A DNA stretch of 64,000 nt, taken from positions 8,298 to 72,297 of the forward strand of contig JBAXOB010000014.1 in assembly GCA_037133475.1 (NCBI GenBank), given 5' to 3'. Source of the stretch: Bacteroidota bacterium. GTDB lineage: Bacteria > Bacteroidota > Bacteroidia > Bacteroidales > FEN-979. The position numbers and the translations under genes are program-made. Every line of letters begins with the position of its first letter. Position 1 is the first letter of the stretch. Of the stretch, positions 9,405-19,147 are shown piece after piece. Under the pieces are notes generated by a model. That model did no database searches. It worked only from the letters and a program-made list of their open reading frames with translations, and was not told the DNA's origin.

Positions 9405-11936
9405 ATGTTAAACAATAAAAGCCAGGTGGAAACACCGGAAGACCAGACAAAGCTGGCTGACTCTGAAACCCGTTATCGCCGCCTCTTTGAAACGGCCAAG
9501 GACGGAATTCTGATTCTCGATGCCGAAACCGGCATGATCATGGATGTAAACCCGTTTTTAATAGAATTGCTGGGCTATTCCAAGGAACAGTTTATTGAAA
9601 AGGCAATATGGGAGATCGGTTTCTTCAAGGATATCGTGGCAAACCGGGAGAATTTTGCAGAATTACAGGTAAGGGAATACATCCGTTACGAGGATATGCC
9701 GCTTGAAACCGCCGACGGGCGCACGATCCATGTGGAGTTCGTGAGCAATGTCTACCTGGTCGACAAGCAAAAGGTAATCCAGTGCAATATCCGCGACATG
9801 ACCGAACGGGTCAGGGCCGAACTGGCCCTGGTCGTCTCTGAAACGAGATACCGCAGGCTCTTCGAAACAGCCCAGGATGGTATTCTTATCCTGGATGCCT
9901 CAACCGGGATGATCATGGATGTGAACCCGTTTTTAATTGAATTGCTGGGCTATACCAAGGAACAATTAATTGAAAAGGCTATCTGGGAGATTGGCTTTTT
10001 CAAGGATATCGTGGCAAACCAGGATAATTTCATGGAATTACAGCGCCGGGAATATATCCGTTATGAGAACATGCCCCTTGAAACCTCCGACGGGCGAACG
10101 ATTCATGTTGAATTTGTCAGCATTGTTTACCGGGTTGACAAGAAAAAGGTAATCCAGTGCAATATCCGCGACATCACCGACCGGGTCAGGGCTGAACGTT
10201 TTCAGAAACTTTCCAACGTTATCCTGAGGATACTGACCAGCAGCCTGGACCTGGAGAAACGCAGCATGGACATCATAAAGGCAATCCAGGAGGAAACGAA
10301 ATTTTCAGCGGTCGGGATTCGTCTGCAAAACCAGGAGGACTTTCCCTATTTTGTCCAGATCGGCTTTCCCGTTGAACTGATTCAAAGGGAAACCACCCTT
10401 GTTATCAGAGACGGGAAGGGCAGGGTATGCAGAGACAAAGATGGCCGGCAAATATTAGCATGTGCCTGTGGACTGGTACTATCCGGGAACACAGATCCTG
10501 CTTCACCATTTTGCACGGATTCAGGGAGTTTCTGGACAAATGATTCGTCGCAGATGTTATCCCTTCCAACCAACTTTGACCTGATACTTCATCCCCGGAA
10601 CATATGTATCCATGAGGGTTTTGGCTCAATTGCCATCATCCCCATCCTGGCCAATAAAAAAATCGTGGGTGTTCTGCAGCTGAATGAAAAGAAAAAAGGG
10701 GCCTTTACGCATGACATGATCCTCTTTTTTGAAGCGATCTGCCTGATAATCGGAACAGCAATCATGCGCAAGCAAAACACCGACGAACTCCTTATCGCAA
10801 AAGAACACGCCGAAGAGAGCGACCGGCTGAAATCAGCCTTCCTGGCCAACATGAGCCATGAGATCAGGACCCCGATGAACGGGATCCTCGGCTTTGCCGG
10901 GCTGTTGAAAGAGCCGGGGTTAACAGGCGAGGAGCAGGAAAAATACATCAGTATCATCGAAAAAAGCGGTGCCCGGATGCTCAATATCATCAACGACATT
11001 GTGAGCATCTCGAAAATTGAATCGGGGCAGATGGAAGTCTCCTTTTCAAAAACCAATGTAAACCAGCAGATGGAATACATCTATACCTTTTTCAAACCCG
11101 AGGCTGATCGTAAAAACATACAATTCAGGCTGGAAACCTCCTTAACTGCCGAGGATTCTATTATATATTCAGACCAGGAAAAGATAACCGCCATCCTGGT
11201 CAACCTCACCAATAATGCCCTTAAATTCTGCGACACAGGTTCCGTGGAGTTTGGATGCAAAATGAAGGGCAATTTCCTGGAATTCTTTGTGAAAGATACC
11301 GGTATCGGGATACCGGTACCGCGGCAAAAAGCAGTTTTTGATCGTTTTATCCAGGCTGATATCAGCGATAAAAGGGCATTCCAGGGAGCAGGCCTGGGAT
11401 TGTCCATTTCAAAAGCATACGTGGAAATGCTGGGTGGTTCCATAACGCTGGTCAGCGACGAAGGAAGGGGTTCCGAGTTTACCTTTACCATTCTCCATGC
11501 CCCCGAGGATGAATCAGCGGCGCCGAAGATCCAAGCATTCATGCCGGCAATTGAAGAGAACCATATCTCAAACCTCAATATACTGGTAGCAGAAGACGAC
11601 GAAACATCAGGAATTTTGATAAGCCTTGCCATCCGCAACCTGTCCAGGGAAATTTTCAGGGCCTCCAACGGCGCAGAAACCGTGGAGATTTGCCGTGCCA
11701 ATCCTGCAATCGATGTTATCCTGATGGACATGAAAATGCCCGTTATGGATGGATATTCAGCAACCCGGGAGATCCGCAAATTTAATAAAACAGTGGTTAT
11801 CATCGCGCAAACCGCTTACGGGCTTAGCGGCGACAAGGAGAAGGCGCTGGAGGCGGGATGCGACGGCTATATCGCAAAACCCTACAGCAATAATGCGCTG
11901 AGGGCCATACTAAACGTCTGCATGAAAAACAGGTAA
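9405..11936 (+). CDS. Hybrid sensor histidine kinase (PAS-PAS-GAF-HisKA-HATPase-REC)
   Basis: Two near-identical PAS domains, GAF, FLANMSHEIRTPMNGI H-box, DTGIG and GAGLGL G-boxes, receiver AEDD..LMDMKMP..K. Confidence 0.94.
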   Translation: MLNNKSQVETPEDQTKLADSETRYRRLFETAKDGILILDAETGMIMDVNPFLIELLGYSKEQFIEKAIWEIGFFKDIVANRENFAELQVREYIRYEDMPLETADGRTIHVEFVSNVYLVDKQKVIQCNIRDMTERVRAELALVVSETRYRRLFETAQDGILILDASTGMIMDVNPFLIELLGYTKEQLIEKAIWEIGFFKDIVANQDNFMELQRREYIRYENMPLETSDGRTIHVEFVSIVYRVDKKKVIQCNIRDITDRVRAERFQKLSNVILRILTSSLDLEKRSMDIIKAIQEETKFSAVGIRLQNQEDFPYFVQIGFPVELIQRETTLVIRDGKGRVCRDKDGRQILACACGLVLSGNTDPASPFCTDSGSFWTNDSSQMLSLPTNFDLILHPRNICIHEGFGSIAIIPILANKKIVGVLQLNEKKKGAFTHDMILFFEAICLIIGTAIMRKQNTDELLIAKEHAEESDRLKSAFLANMSHEIRTPMNGILGFAGLLKEPGLTGEEQEKYISIIEKSGARMLNIINDIVSISKIESGQMEVSFSKTNVNQQMEYIYTFFKPEADRKNIQFRLETSLTAEDSIIYSDQEKITAILVNLTNNALKFCDTGSVEFGCKMKGNFLEFFVKDTGIGIPVPRQKAVFDRFIQADISDKRAFQGAGLGLSISKAYVEMLGGSITLVSDEGRGSEFTFTILHAPEDESAAPKIQAFMPAIEENHISNLNILVAEDDETSGILISLAIRNLSREIFRASNGAETVEICRANPAIDVILMDMKMPVMDGYSATREIRKFNKTVVIIAQTAYGLSGDKEKALEAGCDGYIAKPYSNNALRAILNVCMKNR
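9462..10196 (+). repeat. Tandem 375-bp intragenic duplication (two PAS domains)
   Basis: TCTGAAAC.. at 9462 and 9837; translated SETRYRRLFETA(K/Q)DGILILDA...VIQCNIRD(M/I)T twice. Confidence 0.9.
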
Positions 11937-11990
11937 CCGGAACTTGTCGCAATTGCACCCCAAATACTTCATCCGGTGCCATTGTACCCT

Positions 11991-12190
11991 CATTCCATAA
12001 CTCCCTAATTCCCCCATTCCTGCATTCCTGCATTCCTGCATTGTTTGCATTGTCTGCATTGTCTGCATTGTCTGCATTGTCTGCATTCCCCCATTCCTGC
12101 ATTCCTGCATTCCTGCATTCCTGCATTCCTGCATTGTCTGCATTCCTGCATTCCAGCATTGTCTGCATTGTCTGCATTCCTGCATTGATT
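11991..12190. repeat. Composite 8-mer/9-mer tandem repeat (CATTCCTG / CATTGTCTG), about 24 units
   Basis: Directly visible; intergenic between convergent kinase and Nramp genes. Confidence 0.95.
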
Positions 12191-12225
12191 TGAAAAAACA
12201 ACAGCTTCTTGAAAGGAGGCCATCC

Positions 12226-13491
12226 CTAAATAAACTGGATGCCAATGAGCACCACGGCTGCCACGGTCATCAGCGTAAGCGTGGCAAATCCGAGGAAGTT
12301 GGACCACTTCCCGTTTGTATATTTCCCCATGATCTTCTTGTTGTTGGAGATATGGAGGATAATCGCAATAAGCACAGGCGCGGTAACGCCGTAAAGGATG
12401 GCCGAATAGATCAGCGCCTTGACCGGTGAAATACCCACGTAGTTCAGGGACAATCCCAGCAAAAGAGATACGGCGATAATCAGGTAAAATGCCTTTGCTT
12501 CGTGGAATTTCTTATCCAGCCCCTCTTTCCAGCCAAAAGTTTCGGTAATGATATAGGAAAGCGACCCGCTCAGCACGGGGATGGCCAGGAGCCCGGTTCC
12601 AATCACCCCGAGGGCAAAAAGCAGGTAGGCCGAATTCCCGACCAGGGGCTGCAATGCCCGGGCAGCCTGTTCAACCGTATCTATTTTATGAATCCCGGCG
12701 TTAAAAAGGACCGTCCCGGTGGTAAGGATGATAAAAAACATGACAAGGTTGGAGAAAAGCATGCCGAAGTCGACATCCTGTTTCATTTCGTCCATCACCC
12801 TTTTGTTGACAACCAGCTGCTTCTTCCTGATTTTCCTGTCTTCAACCTCCATTGTTGCCTGCCAGAAGAAGAGGTAGGGCGAAATGGTGGTTCCCAGGAT
12901 GGCGACCAGGATGCTGATAAAGTTTTTATCAAAGATGATTTTCGGGACCAGGGTGGCTTTCAGAATGGCCAGCCAGTCCTGTTTGAATAAAAATGGAATT
13001 ACAAGATAGACAAACAGCGCCAGGCAAAGGTATTTCAGGATTGCTGCCATTTTCCGGTAGGGCAGCAGGATAATGAGTCCCAGCAATAAAAAGGTGAAAA
13101 AGATGCTGAACCATGTTGCATGGATGGTTGGGAACAACAGGTTCCCGACGGCCCCCATGCCTTCAATATCGGCGCCGATGTTTAAAACGATGGCGGGAAA
13201 GCTAAAAAACAGCATTAAATATAAAACGGGTTTTGAATAATTTGACCTGAGGGTTCCTGCCAGGCCATGGGAGGTAACCAGGCCGATCCTGGCGCACATC
13301 TCCTGGATGGAGGCCATGAGTGGGAAGGTGATCAATGCGGTCCAGAGGGTCGATAGCCCATAGGCTGCACCCGCCTGCGAATAGGTTGCAATGCCGGAGG
13401 GGTCATCATCACTCGCGCCGGTAACAAGCCCGGGGCCCAGGATTTTCCAGAACCTGAAAAATTTATTGAAAAGAATTTTCTTAACTGTCAT
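12226..13491 (-). CDS. Nramp-family divalent metal transporter
   Basis: LGPGLVTGASDDDPSGIATYSQAGA, LGTTISPYLFFWQ, about 11 hydrophobic segments. Confidence 0.9.
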   Translation of the reverse strand: MTVKKILFNKFFRFWKILGPGLVTGASDDDPSGIATYSQAGAAYGLSTLWTALITFPLMASIQEMCARIGLVTSHGLAGTLRSNYSKPVLYLMLFFSFPAIVLNIGADIEGMGAVGNLLFPTIHATWFSIFFTFLLLGLIILLPYRKMAAILKYLCLALFVYLVIPFLFKQDWLAILKATLVPKIIFDKNFISILVAILGTTISPYLFFWQATMEVEDRKIRKKQLVVNKRVMDEMKQDVDFGMLFSNLVMFFIILTTGTVLFNAGIHKIDTVEQAARALQPLVGNSAYLLFALGVIGTGLLAIPVLSGSLSYIITETFGWKEGLDKKFHEAKAFYLIIAVSLLLGLSLNYVGISPVKALIYSAILYGVTAPVLIAIILHISNNKKIMGKYTNGKWSNFLGFATLTLMTVAAVVLIGIQFI

Positions 13492-13533
13492 CGGTCGAAT
13501 GGAATGCGTTGCCGTGATTGATTTTAATGAAAT

Positions 13534-13941
13534 CTATGTTCGTCCGGATACCGGCGAACCAGGGAGTTGTTTTCTCCTGAAAAGGCCCAGGATCGCCCTG
13601 CCCGCTGAAACAACCAGGTCAGGATGATTCTCAATGGCATTGGTGACACTCACCAGCACCGCATCACCGGCCAGCCTCCTGAAAGGGCTTTTCGTCATGC
13701 CGGCAACAACCTTCCTGGCAAGATAACCTGCCGTCAGCCCTACCATGGTGTACAGCAGGCTTCCCTTTCCCTCCTGGCTTGCGGTGCCGCCCTGCACGAA
13801 GTCCCGGAGCATGTTCACCGGCTGCAAGGTTTCAAACAGCGTCATCAGGTCGGCATTAAGCACCTGTTTTTCCGCTGCGCGCCTCTGTTCAAGCCGGGTA
13901 ATAGCTTCCCGCAGACCGGTCAGCGTATCGATATTTTGCAT
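13534..13941 (-). CDS. Hypothetical protein (YqjK-like position after the holin-like gene)
   Basis: 135-aa ORF in operon; N-terminal coiled coil plus a hydrophobic helix. Confidence 0.75.
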   Translation of the reverse strand: MQNIDTLTGLREAITRLEQRRAAEKQVLNADLMTLFETLQPVNMLRDFVQGGTASQEGKGSLLYTMVGLTAGYLARKVVAGMTKSPFRRLAGDAVLVSVTNAIENHPDLVVSAGRAILGLFRRKQLPGSPVSGRT

Positions 13942-13948
13942 GATCAGG

Positions 13949-14290
13949 TTATTGAAGTACTTGTTTAATAATAAAATCCCCGGCGGCTTTTTTTATCTTC
14001 TTCCGCAGGAAAATATGAAGGAAACCTGCAGCCACAAGGTAAAAGGCAGCTACGATGAACAGTCCATACCAGTTTTTACCCAGCATTTCACCCAGGAAAA
14101 GGGCAACCGCCGCACTCAGTAAAAGGAAAAACATGGAAACCAGGAGCCATACGCACAGCCTTGGGATCAGGGAGGCCACTATTCGTGTTAACGCCTCCAG
14201 TAACCTGAATTTTGAAAGTTCAAAAGTTGTAGCACTAAATGCTTCTACGCGTTCCATTAAACGTTCGACTGAGTTTTCCCGGATTTCCAT
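13949..14290 (-). CDS. Phage-holin-like (YqjE/DUF1469-type) membrane protein
   Basis: TTFELSKFRLLE followed by two TM helices, WYGLFIVAAFY; follows YtxH. Confidence 0.8.
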   Translation of the reverse strand: MEIRENSVERLMERVEAFSATTFELSKFRLLEALTRIVASLIPRLCVWLLVSMFFLLLSAAVALFLGEMLGKNWYGLFIVAAFYLVAAGFLHIFLRKKIKKAAGDFIIKQVLQ

Positions 14291-14308
14291 ATTTTTCTTT
14301 TTAGCCTG

Positions 14309-14578
14309 TTATTTCCGCCCCTCTTCGACGGCCTCTTCAACTTTCAATTTTCCTTTGTCCGCCATCATCCTGGCCACTTTTTCAACAGAGTCGAATTTGA
14401 CCTTGATACTTTCGATAAAGTCATTGAACTTCTCCCCGATTTCATCGGTATACTCATCGCTTTTACGCGAGATTTTTCTTCTTGTCGATGATCCTCTTGC
14501 CGGGGCAAAAAGAATCCCCAATGCAGCGCCGGCGGCAACGCCTGCCAGCACACCTAATACTACTTTTCCTGAACGCAT
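14309..14578 (-). CDS. YtxH domain general stress protein
   Basis: GVAAGAALGILFAPARGSSTRRKI signature. Confidence 0.92.
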   Translation of the reverse strand: MRSGKVVLGVLAGVAAGAALGILFAPARGSSTRRKISRKSDEYTDEIGEKFNDFIESIKVKFDSVEKVARMMADKGKLKVEEAVEEGRK

Positions 14579-14597
14579 GATGTTTGATTTTTAAGGG

Positions 14598-15158
14598 TTA
14601 TTTATTTTTTCCTTTATCATTCCCGTGATTATCCTTCTTGTCATGATCGTGACCCGGGGGTGAGCCATTGTCATGGCCATGCTGATCGCTGTTATGGCTG
14701 TCGTGACCGCCATTGTCCCTGTTTTCATGATTGGTTTCATGGGGCCTGTTTTCCCCCTGGTTTCCCCTCCCCGGCCGTTCACCGATGGTTTTCTGCGGGT
14801 GGCCGTGGTATCCCTTGGCATATCTCCCTTTATATTCCCTGAAATGGGTGTATGGGGTATTTCCGTGGTAATCATTCATCACAACTTTATACCCGCCGTA
14901 GAGGTCATAATTCTTATACCTCGCCGGGAGATAGGAGCGGTGAATCCATGCTCCGTCGCCATAATAGATAAACATGGAGGCATTAATATCGTAAAAGGCC
15001 TCCACGTCAGGCAGGTAGTAATAATGCGCCTCTGCGACCCCCGAGGGTCCCCACATCGGAGGGGCACCAAGGTTCAAACTCACCGAGAATTGCGCCTTTC
15101 CCTCCGCCTGTGCAAAAAACAACACCAGGCTGAAGAGGAATAGTTTTAGAAATTTCAT
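14598..15158 (-). CDS. Secreted hypothetical protein with His/Asp/Asn-rich tail
   Basis: Signal peptide; PPMWGP..YYYLPDVEAFYD motif; low-complexity C-terminus. Confidence 0.8.
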   Translation of the reverse strand: MKFLKLFLFSLVLFFAQAEGKAQFSVSLNLGAPPMWGPSGVAEAHYYYLPDVEAFYDINASMFIYYGDGAWIHRSYLPARYKNYDLYGGYKVVMNDYHGNTPYTHFREYKGRYAKGYHGHPQKTIGERPGRGNQGENRPHETNHENRDNGGHDSHNSDQHGHDNGSPPGHDHDKKDNHGNDKGKNK

Positions 15159-15180
15159 CCTATTGGTTTTTATAATCCGG

Positions 15181-15621
15181 TTATTTTACATTTTTGACGG
15201 TCAGGTCCTTGAATGCCTTGCCCAGTTCATCCATATCATGGCTGAATTCAGCCTTGAAACTCTGCCATTGCGCTTTCCCATTGGCCTGGTAACCTGCCAT
15301 TTTCATCTTCATTTCGGCATTTTTCTGTTCCAGTACGGCGATTCTCCTGTTGTAGTCAGCCTTCACGGCATGCTTATCCTGCGCGATACTCGCCTTTAAA
15401 TCGCTCAGGGCCTTGTCATTGGCTGCAATCCGCTCAGCGGTCTCCTTTTTATAGCTTTCCACATCGGCAAGGTATTCCTTGTTTGCCTGGTCCAGCTCCT
15501 TATTTGCCTGTGATACCTTATCCTGGGCATTATCCACCTTTTCGGCAGATGTAGTACATCCGGTCATGAGCGCACCTGCCAGTAACATGCCTGCCGCGAG
15601 TGCAAAAATTGTTTTTTTCAT
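15181..15621 (-). CDS. Coiled-coil lipoprotein
   Basis: Lipobox LMTGC; helical body ending WQSFKAEFSHDMDELGKAFKDLT. Confidence 0.85.
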   Translation of the reverse strand: MKKTIFALAAGMLLAGALMTGCTTSAEKVDNAQDKVSQANKELDQANKEYLADVESYKKETAERIAANDKALSDLKASIAQDKHAVKADYNRRIAVLEQKNAEMKMKMAGYQANGKAQWQSFKAEFSHDMDELGKAFKDLTVKNVK

Positions 15622-15703
15622 AGTTTGATTTGTTATTGGTTAAAATTGTTGTAAAGTGGCTGTCGTGAAATTCGTTGCAGCCTGCCGGGCAACCTGCCCG
15701 GTG

Positions 15704-15889
15704 CTACAGGGATGCTATGATCCTGTTCAACTCCTCCTTGGTTTTCCCAAGCTTGACCTGGAGCCGCCCGATCATCTCATCCTGCTTGCCTGCTTCAAAC
15801 ATCACATCATTATCGGTTAACACCGCGAATTTTTGCCTGAGCCTTCCTTTATGTTCATTCCAGGTTCCCAGTACTTCAGTCGTATTCAT
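15704..15889 (-). CDS. CsbD family general stress protein (copy 2)
   Basis: MNTTEVLGTWNEHKGRLRQKFAVLTDND; close paralog of 8906-9091. Start set at the matching Met, downstream of cassette 3. Confidence 0.92.
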   Translation of the reverse strand: MNTTEVLGTWNEHKGRLRQKFAVLTDNDVMFEAGKQDEMIGRLQVKLGKTKEELNRIIASL

Positions 15890-15919
15890 GTTTGGTTTTT
15901 TATATGTTTTTGGATATTG

Positions 15920-15987
15920 CAAAGGTGAGATTATGTTCAAGGGAATTTGTTACACTACTTTGGCAATTAGTTACATGATTCACACCT
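15920..15987 (-). promoter_or_regulatory. Regulon promoter cassette 3 (csbD-2...Nramp operon)
   Basis: AGGTGT GAATCATGTAAC-N9-AAGTAGTGTAAC-N21-CACCTTTG. Confidence 0.9.
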
Positions 15988-16034
15988 GCGGTTCCAACCG
16001 GCGGGAAATACCCGCAGGCAGGTTTCAGCGCATG

Positions 16035-16655
16035 TCACAGGGCCTTTACTGTCGGTAATTTCATAAGCACTTCGGGAACCAGTTGCATGGTCAGTCCCTC
16101 CTGGCCCAGGTTGGTGAGTTCCACCTCGCAGGTAATGGAAACCTCCTCGCCTACCATGATGCCACCTGCCTCCATGGCAGTCGTCCACACCAATCCCCAA
16201 TCGCTCCTGTTCACCTTCCCGGTCACGGTAAACCCGGCCTTTTCATTTCCCCAGGGATCATTAACGATTCCGCCGAACTGCACCATTAGCATTACATTTT
16301 TGGTGATCCCCCGCATGGTCAGTTCACCCCACATTTCATGGTTTCCCTCCTTGTCTGTTTTTCCGATGGAGATGGAGGTGAAGGAGATCTGCTTATGTGT
16401 TTCAACATCAAAGAAATCAGCGCTTTTTAAATGTTCATCACGTTTTGCATCGCCCGTACTGATGGAGGATGCATCGATCCATAGGTCAATTTCTGCCGTG
16501 GTGAAGTCTTTCCCACGGGTATAGATGCTGGCATCAAAGGTCCGGAAGGAACCTCTGACACTGGTAATCCTTAAATGCCTTACTTTAAAGGCAAGTTCAC
16601 TATGAGCCTGGTCGATCGACCACCTGGTTTTGGAAGTAACGTTCGTATTTTTCAT
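16035..16655 (-). CDS. yceI: YceI family polyisoprenoid-binding protein
   Basis: WSIDQAHSELAFKVRH..RDEHLKSADFFDV..GELTMRGITK..DPWGN. Confidence 0.92.
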   Translation of the reverse strand: MKNTNVTSKTRWSIDQAHSELAFKVRHLRITSVRGSFRTFDASIYTRGKDFTTAEIDLWIDASSISTGDAKRDEHLKSADFFDVETHKQISFTSISIGKTDKEGNHEMWGELTMRGITKNVMLMVQFGGIVNDPWGNEKAGFTVTGKVNRSDWGLVWTTAMEAGGIMVGEEVSITCEVELTNLGQEGLTMQLVPEVLMKLPTVKAL

Positions 16656-16715
16656 CTTAAATTAGTTAACTGGTTTGCGGTATATTGTTTCTCCATCTGC
16701 TCCCGGAGCATGCTG

Positions 16716-16783
16716 CAAAGATGGGTTGCCCCTGCTTGTGAAGTGTTATATAAATATGGGATTAAGTTGCAACATTCACACAT
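16716..16783 (-). promoter_or_regulatory. Regulon promoter cassette 4 (yceI)
   Basis: ATGTGT GAATGTTGCAAC-N9-TATTTATATAAC-N21-CATCTTTG. Confidence 0.87.
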
Positions 16784-16795
16784 TCACGGGTAATA

Positions 16796-18430
16796 TCACA
16801 AGGAGATTGCCCTGACTGCCCGTATCAGGAATTCCGGTTTATGAATCGAATCATACACCGGCATCACCACCCTGCCTGTTTCAAATAAGCCATAAACGGC
16901 CATCTGGGCGGTTCGTACGGAATATTCAACGGTAAACACGCAATCTTTCGGGGCTTCGGCAAACTGGCCCAGAAATGAAAAATTGGTAGCGCCCTTTGGC
17001 AGCACATCGGGCCGGTCGCCCGATTCCCTTGGCATAAACAGGCTATCCACAAAGGGCATCGCCACCGGGATGCAGTTTACCTTTCCGGATTCCATCACCG
17101 GTTTCATCAGCTCCTGGATCTTCAGGTGAAACCATAACTCTTCGAGGATCTCTTTGCCGCTGCATTCCGCCATCGTCTTATTGATGAAATTTCCCTTCCG
17201 GTCGGGGTAGAGTCCGTAACCCCAGAAAATTTTAACATGACCGGGCTGGTTCGGGAAATGGGGCTGACGGGCAATCACAAACGACATCAGCCAGTTTGAA
17301 TCGGTGATGGTCACCAGCCCCCCGGTACCGTCAACATTTCCCGAAAAATTCTCCATATAATCATGGAAGGTGCTATCTTTCAGGGTGGCGGTAAAGGAAT
17401 ACCATTTCTGCAGCCCGATATCGCTGCAAAAGGGCTCCGGGTTTCCGAATGCGGCGTCTCTTGCGGCAATGTTTTTCCATAGCTGCCATGACCCCGATTC
17501 CCTGATTCCCTTTAATTTTGCTGCCTTGTCCCAGGTGCCGTTATCGGTGCATTCGGTAAGCGAACCATTGGTAATGAAAACATAATCATTGTCGCCAAGG
17601 ACAATTTCATTTTTATCCTTCAAATGCAGCACCGTGGCAGTTTTCTTATCCGACGACAGGTTGAAGTCAATGTCGGTAACCTCCACCCCCATGTCGAATT
17701 GCACCCCCCTTCCCTCAAGGTATTTTTTCATCGGCAGCACCACCGAATGGTACTGGTCGTATTTGGTACGCAAAATCCCGCCCAACTTTGGAAGAACGTC
17801 GACCAGGTGGATAAACCGCTTCATGTAGCGTCTCATCTCAACCAGGCTGCTCCATTTCTGAAAAGCAAACATCGAGGTCCAGATCAGCCAGAAGTTGGTG
17901 GTGAAAAAATCCTGGTCAAACCATTCTTCAATACTTTTTTTACCGAGTGAACGCTCGGAGGAGAAGGTGAGTTTAAGCAGTTTTGACTGCTGTGCCAGGG
18001 AAAGCCCGAAGGAGGAGACATCCTGCTTCAGCCCGTTTTTCAGCAATCGTGCCTGTGCATTGGAGACAAAACGGTTATTGAATTCAAACGATTCATCCCT
18101 TACCGAAACCGCAGGATCCTCGAGGGAGGGGATGAAGGAGAGCAGGTCCCAGTAGCAGGTATAATACAACTCGTGCATCCGCCCGCCCCTGGCGACAAAA
18201 CCCGTTTCTGCATCGCCCGAGCCGTCCAGCGCTCCGCCGGCAATATTGTTTTTCTCCAGGATATGGATATTGGAACCGGGGACACCTGCATCTTTTTCAA
18301 GATAGAAGGCGCTGGCAAGGGAGGCTATTCCGCTCCCGATAAGGTAGATGGTCGATTCTTTGGCGTTTTGTCGTTTCGGCTGATGCATGATGTTGTTGGA
18401 TTTATGGTGTGTTTCAATATTATTTAGCAT
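16796..18430 (-). CDS. ohyA: Oleate hydratase (MCRA family)
   Basis: FAD motif LIGSGIASL..E..GGALDG..RGGRM, YDQYHS, GQFAE..DCVFTVEYSVRTA. True start may be 18388. Confidence 0.92.
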   Translation of the reverse strand: MLNNIETHHKSNNIMHQPKRQNAKESTIYLIGSGIASLASAFYLEKDAGVPGSNIHILEKNNIAGGALDGSGDAETGFVARGGRMHELYYTCYWDLLSFIPSLEDPAVSVRDESFEFNNRFVSNAQARLLKNGLKQDVSSFGLSLAQQSKLLKLTFSSERSLGKKSIEEWFDQDFFTTNFWLIWTSMFAFQKWSSLVEMRRYMKRFIHLVDVLPKLGGILRTKYDQYHSVVLPMKKYLEGRGVQFDMGVEVTDIDFNLSSDKKTATVLHLKDKNEIVLGDNDYVFITNGSLTECTDNGTWDKAAKLKGIRESGSWQLWKNIAARDAAFGNPEPFCSDIGLQKWYSFTATLKDSTFHDYMENFSGNVDGTGGLVTITDSNWLMSFVIARQPHFPNQPGHVKIFWGYGLYPDRKGNFINKTMAECSGKEILEELWFHLKIQELMKPVMESGKVNCIPVAMPFVDSLFMPRESGDRPDVLPKGATNFSFLGQFAEAPKDCVFTVEYSVRTAQMAVYGLFETGRVVMPVYDSIHKPEFLIRAVRAISL

Positions 18431-18452
18431 GTGGATTTTCGGTCGTTACAGG

Positions 18453-18905
18453 TTAATCCTGGTTTTCAATGACCAGGTCGTTGAATACGATCCAGGCACC
18501 CTCGCAGTTCCAGGCTATCCGCCCGGCCTCAGCCTTCTGAAAGTCAGAATTTACAGAGCCGCAAAGTGTGACAATCGGGCCGGCAACATTCACCAGTATC
18601 TTCTCGTCATTGATAGACCAATCGCTGACAAGATCCAACTCGATTTTATGTTTCTCAAGTTCGTCTTGCGTTTCTGAATGGATGGTCAGGTTATTGGTCA
18701 CCCCTTTGACTCCAACCAGGTCGGCAACAGATCTGTCGGCGGCCTCTCGCTGATAGTTCCAGTTAAGATCGCCTTCCAGTGTAATCCAGCCATCTTCAAC
18801 GATTACTTTTACTTTTCTGACAGGCACCTGCCAGTTCCAGTTAAAGGCGCTTACAACTTCCTGGGCTATTTCACTGTCCGATATGCTCCACGTGCTGGTA
18901 TTCAT
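18453..18905 (-). CDS. BON (OsmY-like) domain protein
   Basis: SDSEIA..VKVIVEDGWITLEG..WNYQREAA..GVKGVTNNL plus a second degenerate BON domain. Confidence 0.9.
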   Translation of the reverse strand: MNTSTWSISDSEIAQEVVSAFNWNWQVPVRKVKVIVEDGWITLEGDLNWNYQREAADRSVADLVGVKGVTNNLTIHSETQDELEKHKIELDLVSDWSINDEKILVNVAGPIVTLCGSVNSDFQKAEAGRIAWNCEGAWIVFNDLVIENQD

Positions 18906-18956
18906 GGTATCTGTTTTTAGGTTTGATCCGCAGTTTCACCTGCTTTTTGTAGAATG

Positions 18957-19024
18957 CAAAGGTGTGCCCGTCGCGGGCAGTTTGTGTTACAAAATGTTGT
19001 AAATAACTTGCAATATTCACACCC
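18957..19024 (-). promoter_or_regulatory. Regulon promoter cassette 5 (BON-ohyA)
   Basis: GGGTGT GAATATTGCAAG-N9-ACATTTTGTAAC-N21-CACCTTTG. Confidence 0.85.
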
Positions 19025-19147
19025 AGGCTGTTCAACATGCTGCATGAAACCAGTCATGACGCCGCAGGGTCCCGCCCTGGCGTGGCCCCTGCACCATGGC
19101 AATTGTGTCACCTGGCCCGGATATCCAACATGAAGAGGATATTAACG

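Noticed and set aside
11991-12190. Possible CRISPR array
   Set aside because: Units are 8-9 bp and contiguous with no unique spacers; no cas operon is present.
11824-12307. ORFs with NADNAD, QTMQTM or QCRQCR repeats (11824-12201, 11910-12245, 12005-12307)
   Set aside because: Translation artefacts of the non-coding 8/9-mer microsatellite; they overlap real genes.
13949-14290. Prophage suggested by the holin-like gene
   Set aside because: It is a YqjE-type membrane protein in a stress operon; no phage structural, lysin or integrase genes are nearby.
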